Source: a virus
Taxonomy: Duplodnaviria; Caudoviricetes
Strand: one strand, 5' to 3'
Length of the DNA stretch: 64,000 nt
IMG/VR virus record: IMGVR_UViG_2706795957_000001
Coordinates: 29,578 to 93,577 of that record
Below are positions 10,800 to 19,571 of the stretch, one piece after another. The notes under the pieces were generated by a model. It saw nothing but the letters and a program-made list of their open reading frames with translations. It was not told the origin of the DNA and ran no database searches. The translations under genes and the position numbers were made by a program. Numbering within the stretch: the first letter of the stretch is position 1; the number at the start of each line of letters is the position of its first letter.

Positions 10800-11140
10800 G
10801 CGTTGGCCGCTTCGAATGCCTCGATGACATCTTCGGGCACCTTGCCGCGGTCTGACACGTCGTAGCCTTCACCCCTGGCCCATTCACGAATCTGCTTGAG
10901 CTGTTCGCGCCGGCCTAGTGCAGAGGCGGCGATCCTGGTCGACCGCTTTCGCCCTCCGACCCGGTTTGCGTGTTCGATCCACTTCTCGAGCGCCTTCTCG
11001 AACTTCATGACGTTCGATGTGCGTAGGTCGATGACATAGTCGACGCCCCGGAAGGAGAACGGGACCGCGTTTGCGTCCCCGTCGTCGATGGGTCGTCCGT
11101 CGAGGTCGTCAAGTACCGATACGTGTGTTACGCGTGCCAT
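10796..11140 (-). CDS. lsr2: Lsr2-like nucleoid-associated protein
   Basis: VLDDLDG...F.FRGVDYVIDL...IREWARGEGYDVSDRGKVPEDVIEAF. Confidence 0.93.
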   Translation of the reverse strand: MARVTHVSVLDDLDGRPIDDGDANAVPFSFRGVDYVIDLRTSNVMKFEKALEKWIEHANRVGGRKRSTRIAASALGRREQLKQIREWARGEGYDVSDRGKVPEDVIEAFEAANA

Positions 11141-11156
11141 TCTGTTCTTCCTCTCG

Positions 11157-11648
11157 CTAGGTCTTGACTAGCATCTTCAGGTAGTCATTCGTGTTCTCAA
11201 TTGCCGTGGTAGCAACCCAGTTGCAGTTGCCTTGACCAGCGACGTGTTCGATTCTGTAGGGCCCAGTGTTCCACTCTTTGGTGCCGCACTTGTCCCAGAA
11301 CTCAACCCACGCTCCCCAGGCCCGCAGTCCCGCCGGATCCGCTAAAGGGTTGGTAGGAAGTGACTCCAGCCGTTTGTCGAGTCGCTGGAATTTGTCGATC
11401 ATCCATCGTGCTGTCATGTAGCAGTCCTGGATGCCGGCTTCGCAAACTCCCTCGTCGAGTTTGTCTTGAATCGCCTCGCATGTGGTTCCGCAGTCGGCGA
11501 TGTAGGTCGGTGTCTGTGTATCCGACGCCTCGGTCGTGTGTAGCACATAGTCAGCAAGCCGGTACAAGCCACCCCCGAGTGCTGCCACCAGCGCCAGCGA
11601 CGCGAGCACTGTGATGGCCTTCGTAGGCATTCCGACCCGTCTATCCAT
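11157..11648 (-). CDS. Membrane-anchored Cys-rich exported protein (probably leaderless)
   Basis: N-terminal TM and paired cysteines; ATG 7 nt downstream of a -10 box. Confidence 0.65.
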   Translation of the reverse strand: MDRRVGMPTKAITVLASLALVAALGGGLYRLADYVLHTTEASDTQTPTYIADCGTTCEAIQDKLDEGVCEAGIQDCYMTARWMIDKFQRLDKRLESLPTNPLADPAGLRAWGAWVEFWDKCGTKEWNTGPYRIEHVAGQGNCNWVATTAIENTNDYLKMLVKT

Positions 11649-11655
11649 GCAGCGC

Positions 11656-11685
11656 ATGTTATCAGCATCACACATTGTTAGGCAA
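11656..11685 (-). promoter_or_regulatory. SigA-type promoter TTGCCT-N18-TAACAT
   Basis: Spacing and position upstream of ATG 11648. Confidence 0.55.
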
Positions 11686-11692
11686 CATAACA

Positions 11693-11737
11693 ACTGAACC
11701 CCACACTCTTCGCTGAGTGTGGGGTTCAGTCCTTTTC
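11693..11737. terminator. Intrinsic terminator, likely bidirectional
   Basis: 16-bp perfect stem ACTGAACCCCACACTC/GAGTGTGGGGTTCAGT with T-rich flanks. Confidence 0.8.
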
Positions 11738-11812
11738 TGGTGGCGCGGGCGTCAAATCGTGGGCTCCAATCTCTGTCCCCCGCGGGCGATCCATATTCAG
11801 TTGTGTTTCCCA

Positions 11813-11905
11813 TCACCAGGATGGTGGCTCTCGTGCTCTCATCTTCCCCCCTTTGGCCTCGGTGCTTTCATTTCCTTATCATGCTGGTGGCTCTCTGGCC
11901 CTCAT
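11813..11905 (-). CDS. Minigene array: MRAREPPA (11905-11879), MKAPRPKGGR (11871-11839), MRAREPPSW (11842-11813)
   Basis: Purine-rich SD before each; ATGA overlap; only synonymous differences between the two MRAREPP copies. Confidence 0.6.
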
Positions 11906-11948
11906 CTCACACCCCTTCCGACCTGCTGCTTTCTAACTGATGCTCTCG

Positions 11949-11977
11949 ACTATAGACAGATGCTGTGCCCAGGTCAA
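11949..11977 (-). promoter_or_regulatory. SigA-type promoter TTGACC-N17-TATAGT driving the minigene transcript
   Basis: Near-consensus hexamers; a TAGACA motif abuts the -10. Confidence 0.75.
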
Positions 11978-12103
11978 CAGTTGAGTGGGTGTGGGCTAGC
12001 GCACTCTGCGTCGGTAGGTTCTGGTACGGTGCTATCTAGCCGTAGTGCTGGAGACTAGACAGGAGATGAATTCCTTTGAATTCCAAGCCATCTGGGGTGA
12101 CCC

Positions 12104-13276
12104 ATGGCGGGTAAGCCCACCGAGGATGCGCCGTGGCCGGTAGCGGTCTACAACCGCGAAGTCGGCGGATATATCGGTCGCTTGGGGGACGTCTGGGTTG
12201 AAGGACAGCTCACTCGAGTCCACCGTCCGAGTGGTTCTGTCACCTTCATTGAGATGCGCGATACAGAGAAGAACCAGTCCATCTCTGTCACCGCTTCTCC
12301 CGGTGTAGTGCCGGCCGAAATCGCCTCCGGTGACCATGTGAAGGTATTCGGTCACCCGCAGTACTGGACTGCACGAGGAACGCTCTCGCTGCGAATCAGC
12401 CGTATTCTTCCTGTGGGGGAAGGCGCACTCCAGGCCGAAATGGCCGAAACTGAAAATAGGCTCGAGTCTGAAGGCCTTTTCCATCCGCGGCATAAGCAGA
12501 AGCTGCCCACGGCACCGAAGCTCATCGGCCTGATCACCGCGGAGGGCAGCGACGCCGAGAAGGACGTCCTGAACGTCGCCCGGGACCGATGGCCGCACGT
12601 GCAGTTCAAGCCGTACCACATCCCTGTGCAGGGCCAACGCTGCGCAGGACGTGCCACCGCCGCCCTGAAGGCACTGGATGCCGACCCCGAGGTTGACGTC
12701 ATCATCTTCGCCCGCGGCGGCGGGTCCAACCAGGACCTCCTTCCCTGGTCCGACGAGGGCCTCTCCCGGGCCGTGTTCGCCGCTAACACGCCCACGGTCA
12801 GCGCCATCGGACACGAGAACGACAAGCCGATGCTGGACCGGGTTGTGGACCTGCGAGCTGCGACTCCGACAGATGCGGCAAAACGTGTCGTACCCAACCT
12901 GTCTAATGAGACCAAGCGTATCGAACAGATGTTCGAACAGATTGGAGGGTCGATCCGTGGTCAGGTGCAGAACAACCAGCTGCGTGTCGACTCCATGCTC
13001 AAGCAGGTCGCCGGGTCGATCACCGGGGCCGTCAACCGCGAGCAGATCCACCTGCAGAACGCCATCAACAGCCTGTGTGTCCAGTCCGAGGTCTTCATCG
13101 GTAACCGTGAGCGGCGAGTCCACACGCTCGGGGAGACCCTCAACGCCCTAGACCACCAGAAGGTGCTCGACCGCGGTTACGCCGTGGTTCAGGGCATCAC
13201 CGGACCGGCGCCGGCATCCGGCACACAGTTCACCGTCACCACGAAAGACGGCACGTTCGATGCCGTCGTCGCATAG
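12104..13276 (+). CDS. xseA: Exodeoxyribonuclease VII large subunit
   Basis: OB-fold VWVEGQLT; IGLITA..SDA..DV; DVIIFARGGGS..DL; VSAIGHEND; DLRAATPTDAAK; VLDRGYAVV. Confidence 0.95.
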   Translation: MAGKPTEDAPWPVAVYNREVGGYIGRLGDVWVEGQLTRVHRPSGSVTFIEMRDTEKNQSISVTASPGVVPAEIASGDHVKVFGHPQYWTARGTLSLRISRILPVGEGALQAEMAETENRLESEGLFHPRHKQKLPTAPKLIGLITAEGSDAEKDVLNVARDRWPHVQFKPYHIPVQGQRCAGRATAALKALDADPEVDVIIFARGGGSNQDLLPWSDEGLSRAVFAANTPTVSAIGHENDKPMLDRVVDLRAATPTDAAKRVVPNLSNETKRIEQMFEQIGGSIRGQVQNNQLRVDSMLKQVAGSITGAVNREQIHLQNAINSLCVQSEVFIGNRERRVHTLGETLNALDHQKVLDRGYAVVQGITGPAPASGTQFTVTTKDGTFDAVVA

Positions 13277-13288
13277 CAAAGGAGAGAG

Positions 13289-13474
13289 ATGACCTACGAA
13301 GAAGCCCAGGCTGAGCTCGAGCAGATCACCCGCACGATCGCGAGCGGTAAAATGACCATCACCGAACTCCTGCCAGCCTGGCAGCGCGCGCTCGAGCTCA
13401 AGGGCATCTGCGAGGAGCATCTACGCGTGGCCCGTGAGTCCCTGGCCGACGTCATCGAGAAAGCCAACTCGTGA
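13289..13474 (+). CDS. xseB: Exodeoxyribonuclease VII small subunit
   Basis: TYEEAQAELEQI...G.....LL..WQRALEL...CEEHL; immediately follows xseA. Confidence 0.92.
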   Translation: MTYEEAQAELEQITRTIASGKMTITELLPAWQRALELKGICEEHLRVARESLADVIEKANS

Positions 13475-13622
13475 TGCTGCCGGACTCGAAAGCGGTTGTG
13501 CTACAGAAGTTTCCGGGTCAGCCGTATCGGTACTTCGGGCCGTTCGACGACGAGTCCGCAGCACTGAAGTACATCGAAGACAACGACATGAAAATGTCAT
13601 ACAGCATCGAGTTGAGGAAGCC

Positions 13623-13868
13623 GTGATCGAAGATTACAAATCCGGGAAGCTGCGGTACACGCCGCCCGAGCTGGTTGAGGTCCAGTACGCCATCTGCGAG
13701 ATCTTCGTTCGCGACGGCGACCTCGGCGATGGCGAAAACCCCTACACCACACTCGCTTACGACGTCGCCGGCCAGTTCTTCCTGTCCACCGTGGAAGGAC
13801 GCACCGCAAAGGTGTGGAAGCCCGGAGAGGTCGACATCATCACCCGCTTCAAAGCCACTGTGGCATAA
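13623..13868 (+). CDS. Hypothetical protein
   Basis: GTG start overlapping a small upstream ORF (13474-13626); phage-like codon usage. Confidence 0.55.
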   Translation: MIEDYKSGKLRYTPPELVEVQYAICEIFVRDGDLGDGENPYTTLAYDVAGQFFLSTVEGRTAKVWKPGEVDIITRFKATVA

Positions 13869-13876
13869 GGAGAATC

Positions 13877-14578
13877 ATGAGCAATAGTCCCATAGACATC
13901 TACTACTCGGCACGCTGCGATGAGCTCGTCCGATTCATCCGCGAGAAGATCGCGCAGGAGGTAACCAGACTCACCTATGAGGACGTGCCCTCCGTCGCGG
14001 GAACAACCGGCAGTCGGATGCGCAAACGTATCGACAACGACAAGATCAAGGAGCTGCGGTGGATGCGCGACCTGCTGACCGAGCGGATCGCTCCACTGTC
14101 GTCCAGTGCGCGGTTCGTCATCCTCGGCGAGGCTGCGCTGGCGATCAAGAGCTGGAGGGGCGACCCCACGAACCCGGCCAACAATCGACCAGAGCGGCTG
14201 TACTACCGCAAGCTGCTCAACGTCCACGACAACGTCCCGGTTATGTGCGAGGAGATCAACGCCACCTTCATGTGGGTGGAGGGTCGACTGTACTACTACG
14301 ACCCGGAGCGCAAGGACTTCGGCGACGAGATCGCCGACCACTTCTCGTTCGACGAAGTCATGCACAAGGACCTCTGGGTGTCGTGTGACGCCATCGAGGA
14401 ATGGTCGGCTGTCACCCCGAGCTGGTGGCAGGATCGGCACACCGACGTCGAGGGCTACGACTGCTGCGCGGACCCCGAGTGCGGACTCCGTGACAATCCC
14501 ACCGCCTCCTACCAGCCCAAGCTGGACAAGGAAACCCGCCGGCGTCGCAAGGCCTACCTGGTCAAGCACTACAGCTGA
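13877..14578 (+). CDS. Hypothetical protein
   Basis: SD AAGGAG; GC3-rich ORF. Confidence 0.7.
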   Translation: MSNSPIDIYYSARCDELVRFIREKIAQEVTRLTYEDVPSVAGTTGSRMRKRIDNDKIKELRWMRDLLTERIAPLSSSARFVILGEAALAIKSWRGDPTNPANNRPERLYYRKLLNVHDNVPVMCEEINATFMWVEGRLYYYDPERKDFGDEIADHFSFDEVMHKDLWVSCDAIEEWSAVTPSWWQDRHTDVEGYDCCADPECGLRDNPTASYQPKLDKETRRRRKAYLVKHYS

Positions 14579-14674
14579 ACATCGACACTCGAGAGGGTGC
14601 CAACACCATTGTCTTTGACGGTGGTTGTTGGTACCATCTCTAATGGTGGGTTAGACAGTAGAAAGGAGTTGGAC

Positions 14675-14887
14675 ATGGCATACATTTTCGACAAGGCCGA
14701 GTTGGCAGCACTCGCGGAGGTGATTCCGAAGATCGACGACGCCACCGGGTCGAGCCTCGGTAACAGCCAGCTGTACATCGACATGGACCCGCTGCCGGTC
14801 AAGGACGGCAACAACAACACCATCGGACACATCCTGTGGGACGACGGGTTCGTCGGCTTCCGACCAGTGGACGGGGAGATCGAGTGA
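14675..14887 (+). CDS. Hypothetical protein
   Basis: SD AAAGGAG. Confidence 0.65.
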   Translation: MAYIFDKAELAALAEVIPKIDDATGSSLGNSQLYIDMDPLPVKDGNNNTIGHILWDDGFVGFRPVDGEIE

Positions 14888-15630
14888 CCGTCTACTTCAC
14901 CGCTGACTTACACATCGGACACGAGAAGGTGGCAGAGACTCGAGTCCCGAAGCTCACCAAGACACTCGGTCGTGTTTCGTCAACCTCCATACATGACGCT
15001 CTCATCAGGTCCAACCTGCGCAACACCCTCACCAAACGTGACCAGCTGTGGATCCTCGGCGACATCTCTGCCGGCGGATCCGCTGCGCAGCGCAACGCCC
15101 TCGCTTTCCTGAAGGACATCAGGGACGAGACGGGGGCTGAGTTTCACCTGGTCCCCGGCAACCACGATGGATGTCACCCGCAGTTCCGCACCGCCAAGAA
15201 GTGGTGGCCCGAATACCTTGAGGTGTTCGACACCATCATGCCCTTCGCCTCGCGCAAAATCGCAGGTCAGAAGGTGTGCCTTTCGCATTATCCCTACTTC
15301 GGCGACCACACCGAGGAGGACCGGCACATCCAGTGGCGACTGCAGGATGAAGGCCGATGGCTGCTCCACGGCCACACTCACCAGGGCGAGTCGCTGGTCC
15401 AATGGTCCTACCACATCGACACCAACAGGGCTCAGCAAGACTATGTGTCCGCAGAGTGCGCCACGGAGACTGGGCTCACCACAGACTGGTCCGCACCCGC
15501 CAACCCGAGACTCGTCGGCCGGCTCGACCGCACCATCAATGTCGGTCTGGATGCCTGGGACATGAAACCCGTCTCACTCGAAACCGTCGCCGACATCATC
15601 GAATCGCTCGAGAAGAAAGAAGGTCAGTAA
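14884..15630 (+). CDS. Calcineurin-like metallophosphoesterase
   Basis: FTADLH, LGD, GNHD, HYP, HGHTH motifs. Confidence 0.92.
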   Translation: MTVYFTADLHIGHEKVAETRVPKLTKTLGRVSSTSIHDALIRSNLRNTLTKRDQLWILGDISAGGSAAQRNALAFLKDIRDETGAEFHLVPGNHDGCHPQFRTAKKWWPEYLEVFDTIMPFASRKIAGQKVCLSHYPYFGDHTEEDRHIQWRLQDEGRWLLHGHTHQGESLVQWSYHIDTNRAQQDYVSAECATETGLTTDWSAPANPRLVGRLDRTINVGLDAWDMKPVSLETVADIIESLEKKEGQ

Positions 15631-16847
15631 TGCCCAACATGATCGCACCCAAGGTTCTCAACTACGCGTCGCATATCGACGACAACACCATCGAGCAGGC
15701 CGGCGAGATCTCGACGCTGCCGTTCATCCATCCGCACGTGGCGCTGATGCCGGATGCTCACAGCGGCAAGGGGTCCGCGGTCGGCACTGTGATCCCGACC
15801 GTCGATGCGGTGATCCCCGCGGCGGTCGGCGTCGACATCGGCTGCGGCATGATCGGCGTGCAGACAGTGGTGCAGAAGAGGGACATCTACGACCTGGACC
15901 TGGCCGACCTTCGTGCGCGTGTCGAGGAGGCTATCCCGCTGTCTCCGGGCAACTACAACAAGAATGCCCGGTGGGCCGGTCACACCGAGGAGCGCATCGC
16001 ACGGCTCGAGGAGATGGCCGAGCAGAAGGGCGTCGACCTCAAGCACTCGCCGAAGTGGCGTGAACAGCTGGGCTCACTCGGCGGTGGCAACCACTTCATC
16101 GAACTATGTGAGCAGATCGAGGGTGACGGCACCGGATCGCTGTGGCTGTTCCTGCACTCCGGTAGCCGCGGTGTCGGCAACAAGATCGCGCAGAAGCACA
16201 TCAAGATCGCACAGAAGCTGTGCAAGCGCTGGCACATCGAGCTCGCCAACCCCGACCTGGCCTACCTGGCGTCCGGGACCGACGAGTTCGGTGCCTACAT
16301 CCGCGAGCTCCGGTGGGCCCAGGCGTTCGCGCTCGAGAACCGCGCCGAGATGATGGACCGCTTCCTCAAGGTGTTCACCGACTGGCTCGCCACTGATCTC
16401 GACGCCGCCCTCGAGTACGACGGCGTCGAGATCGAGGAACGTCGCATCAACTGCCACCACAACTACACCGAGCGTGTCGAGATCAACGGCAAGTCCGTGT
16501 GGCTCACTCGCAAGGGAGCGATCGACGCTTCGGCGGGCCGCTACGGACTCATCCCCGGATCCATGGGCACCAAGTCCTACGTGGTCTGTGGCAAGGGCAA
16601 CGAGTCCGGCCTGAAGTCAGCACCCCATGGTGCGGGGCGTCGGTTCTCGCGCACGAAGGCCAAGCAGTTGTTCACCCTCGATGACCTCGCCGACCGCATG
16701 CAGGGCATCGAGTACCGACATGGTGCCGAGTGGATCGATGAGATCCCCGACGCCTACAAGCCGATAGACCAGGTCATGGAGGATGCCCGAGACTTGGTGG
16801 AGGTCGAGGCGGTACTCAAGCAGCTGCTCAACGTGAAGGGGATTTGA
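15630..16847 (+). CDS. rtcB: RtcB RNA ligase
   Basis: MPDAHSGKG, VGVDIGCG, GGGNHFIE, HSGSRG, HHNY, PGSMG, SAPHGAGR, DEIPDAYK. Confidence 0.97.
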   Translation: MPNMIAPKVLNYASHIDDNTIEQAGEISTLPFIHPHVALMPDAHSGKGSAVGTVIPTVDAVIPAAVGVDIGCGMIGVQTVVQKRDIYDLDLADLRARVEEAIPLSPGNYNKNARWAGHTEERIARLEEMAEQKGVDLKHSPKWREQLGSLGGGNHFIELCEQIEGDGTGSLWLFLHSGSRGVGNKIAQKHIKIAQKLCKRWHIELANPDLAYLASGTDEFGAYIRELRWAQAFALENRAEMMDRFLKVFTDWLATDLDAALEYDGVEIEERRINCHHNYTERVEINGKSVWLTRKGAIDASAGRYGLIPGSMGTKSYVVCGKGNESGLKSAPHGAGRRFSRTKAKQLFTLDDLADRMQGIEYRHGAEWIDEIPDAYKPIDQVMEDARDLVEVEAVLKQLLNVKGI

Positions 16848-17410
16848 GCATGGGGTTGTCTGTCGGATACATGGCCGGCTTCTTCGATGGAGAAGGGTCG
16901 ATCGGCGTCTACCCAGGAGGCCAGCGAGGACTATCCCTTCGGGTTCAGATAACACAGAACAAGAGCAGGGAGGCCTCCGAGGTCCTCGAGCAACTCAAGG
17001 ATCAGTTCGGCGGCTCAGTGCATCCGCTGAGACGTGGCCAGCGTGGCCGTCGTGACGCGGACATCTGGTCCATTGGCAGCGCCCCGGCCAACGGTTTTCT
17101 GGAATTCGTACTGGATGACCTGATCCTAAAGAAGTCGCAAGCCCAGCTGGCGGTGGCGTGGCAGTCCACCAGACCCGATAGGGCCCGGACACCCCAGGGC
17201 AGAGTGCAGTCGTGGAGCCCCCACGACCAGCTCCTCGACGAACGTGTCGGACTCGCTTTGCGCCACATGAAGAAGTTCGAGTTCACCGACCTGCCGGAGT
17301 TCTCTCGGAGTAGGCAGTATGCATCCAGGGTGTCCGACCTGGTGCTCGCGCAGGTGGATGGTATTCCACCCCCACCCACCAACCCCCACGAAGTAAACGA
17401 AGGAGTTTGA
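16844..17410 (+). CDS. Free-standing LAGLIDADG homing endonuclease
   Basis: YMAGFFDGEGSI motif; LILKKSQA; overlaps rtcB stop. Confidence 0.85.
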   Translation: MSMGLSVGYMAGFFDGEGSIGVYPGGQRGLSLRVQITQNKSREASEVLEQLKDQFGGSVHPLRRGQRGRRDADIWSIGSAPANGFLEFVLDDLILKKSQAQLAVAWQSTRPDRARTPQGRVQSWSPHDQLLDERVGLALRHMKKFEFTDLPEFSRSRQYASRVSDLVLAQVDGIPPPPTNPHEVNEGV

Positions 17411-18680
17411 TCATGACCGACCCAGTCCAGGAAGCAGTCAGCCGCGCCATCGCGACGACCATCGACGAGGACAACACCGACAGCCTATTGGTGCTCGTCG
17501 CGCGCGAGGCACTCAAGCCGGTCCAGGAGGCTGTCGCCGAGGACATCACCGAGGCCTACGACGGCGAGGATGACACGTTCGTCGCTGGATTCAATGCCGC
17601 CCTCCGTTTGGTCCGGGAGTATGTCTAATGACCAGAGCAACAAAAGAGACACGGACCGTCACCCAGCACCGATTCATCTGTCCATGCGACTACGGCACAG
17701 GTGGAGACATCGGCACATTCCAGGACGCCATGAACTGGGCATACGCCAAGGCGGACGAGTTGGGGATCAAGACCACCACCGACGACTGGTGCCGGCTGTT
17801 CCCGGAAGACGACCAGATTGCGATCGTGCTCGAGGAGGTGCGGAAGTGAGCTACAAGGTCACCCTGCGCGACCGCCTGGCGTGGCGACTGGCCAACTGGG
17901 CCCTCGTGGTCGCCACGCCCGAGTACCGCCTCTGGATCTCAACCCTCAACCGTCTGGGCTTCGAAGAGCTCCTCAGGCGGGACCTCGACGTCGAGCTCCA
18001 CGAGTCAGGGAGCTGATATGGCTGAAATTGAAACCCCCTCGAGCCTTCGAGCCCAGGAAATCTCCGACGCACTTCGGGCTGCAGACCTGGCGCTCGCGGA
18101 GGCGGGAATGCACCTGCGGAAAGCCGTCACTCTCGCCGAAGCGGATTATGAGCACAATGACGAGAAGCCTCGCGATCTGCTCGCTGTGGCCAAGCTCCTC
18201 CGCGGCCTGACGTGTGTCGAATACCTGAACTGGGATGGCTATGCCCGGGCAAGGAGGCAACGGTAATGGCTGAGAAATTCACATCGTTCCGTTACCAACT
18301 GTATGAGGTGTACGAGGAGGGGACCGTTCCCGGTGTTGATTACCCGCTCTTCATCACATCCGATTACGAGACTGTCGATAAGCACATGTCGAAGTATCCG
18401 ATGGACGCCTACTCGGTCCGCTGGTGGGTGAAGGCGGATTCGCGTGGATGACGATTTCCAACCCATCGCCGCGGCCACACAGTTCGAGGTTGGCAAGAAA
18501 TACCGAATCCGCCTCGGCGATGACGGGCCGATCTCGACAGCGTTTTGCACGGGCAGAACCGACGACACCATCACGTTCGTACCCGCTCGAGAGGGTGGCG
18601 ACAACTACAGCATCATCCACGCCTATGGATTCGATGCCGCACGATTCCTATTCAATGAAGAGGAGAGCAATGAGCACTGA
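17407..18680 (+). other. Run of small coupled hypothetical genes (17407-17628, 17628-17849, 17846-18016, 18018-18266, 18266-18451, 18444-18680)
   Basis: Abutting or overlapping start/stop codons and phage-like codon usage. Confidence 0.6.
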
Positions 18681-18894
18681 TGTACTCGAGCGCCCGGACG
18701 TCCGGGACTCTGACACCGACGAGCCCGAGAAGGTCGTCCACTACATCAAGCGGAACGAGATCCTCGAGAGTGTGGTCGACGGCAAGTTTGTCCGCACCCT
18801 GTGTGGCGAGATCCTTCAGGTAACCAAGACTGCGAAGGACGGATCGCCCGTATGCGAGAGGTGCAAGGAGATCCACGCGGGGTTGCCGAAGTGA
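18670..18894 (+). CDS. DUF3039-like Zn-binding protein
   Basis: HY.K...I.ESVV.G..V..LCGE......PVC..CKEI pattern of the actinobacterial family. Confidence 0.75.
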   Translation: MSTDVLERPDVRDSDTDEPEKVVHYIKRNEILESVVDGKFVRTLCGEILQVTKTAKDGSPVCERCKEIHAGLPK

Positions 18895-19100
18895 GCGCAT
18901 GCGAGGACTGCTGGAGTGACGCATACGTCAAGTCCAGGATCCGCGGCACCTCTCAGGTCGACGAGTATCAGCGGCTAATCCAAGACCACGCCGGCGGGAA
19001 CATCATCGACCCCGACGACGAGTTCTGGACGGGCTGCAGCGAGGACTGCGCACCGCATTGCATGTCGGATCACCGCGGCGAGCAGTAACCGACCGACACA

Positions 19101-19140
19101 GCGAGACCCCCCTACCAACTCGGTAGGGGGGTCTCGTCGT
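19101..19140. terminator. Terminator hairpin between converging operon and tRNA
   Basis: CGAGACCCCCCTACC/GGTAGGGGGGTCTCG 15-bp stem. Confidence 0.8.
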
Positions 19141-19143
19141 CTG

Positions 19144-19218
19144 TGCCCTGGGTGGGGCTCGAACCCACGCATCTTCCGATTATGAGTCGGAGGCCTTCAC
19201 CAACTTGGCTACCAGGGC
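19144..19218 (-). tRNA. tRNA with CAU anticodon (Ile2 or Met); CCA not encoded
   Basis: GCCCTGG/CCAGGGC acceptor stem; TCCGA-CTCATAA-TCGGA anticodon arm; GTGGG-TTCGAGC-CCCAC T arm; GA-CTCATAA-TC context resembles Ile2. Confidence 0.93.
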
Positions 19219-19269
19219 AGGCCTACTGTACACGATCCCGCGGCCTCCTCCAGATACCCCCGTAGGGTG

Positions 19270-19530
19270 TTTTACAGTGTTTCCCCAGGTGGATTTGACA
19301 TTGCAGCAAATTTACAGGCACCGGTTCTCTAACGAGAGGCTAGACCGGTTCTGAACTGGGGATTCGTCTGTACGAGATTCTGGTTTGCGAAGGATTATGA
19401 GTTCATGGTACTCTGGCTGCATACGCTGCGTATTTCTGTCAAATGCCCTGTTCAGAGTGTGTGCATGCATCTACTTGGACACACATATAATCGCATGAGA
19501 TTGCAGGCATTTTTACAGGCTTTGCAGGCA
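19270..19530. other. Putative attP: core GATTATGAGT (19393-19402) flanked by arm-type repeats TT(T)RCAG(GC)
   Basis: Non-coding and upstream of int; repeats at 19271, 19301, 19311, 19501, 19512, 19521; core identical to the tRNA anticodon loop region. Confidence 0.7.
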
Positions 19531-19571
19531 TCTTCCGGTACGGGTACCCCCCATGGGTAAAAGGAGTCACC

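Noticed and set aside
11649-11816. N-terminal extension of the 11157-11816 ORF
   Set aside because: Runs through a terminator hairpin and a promoter; ATG 11648 fits better, although a TGATG overlap at 11813 leaves some doubt
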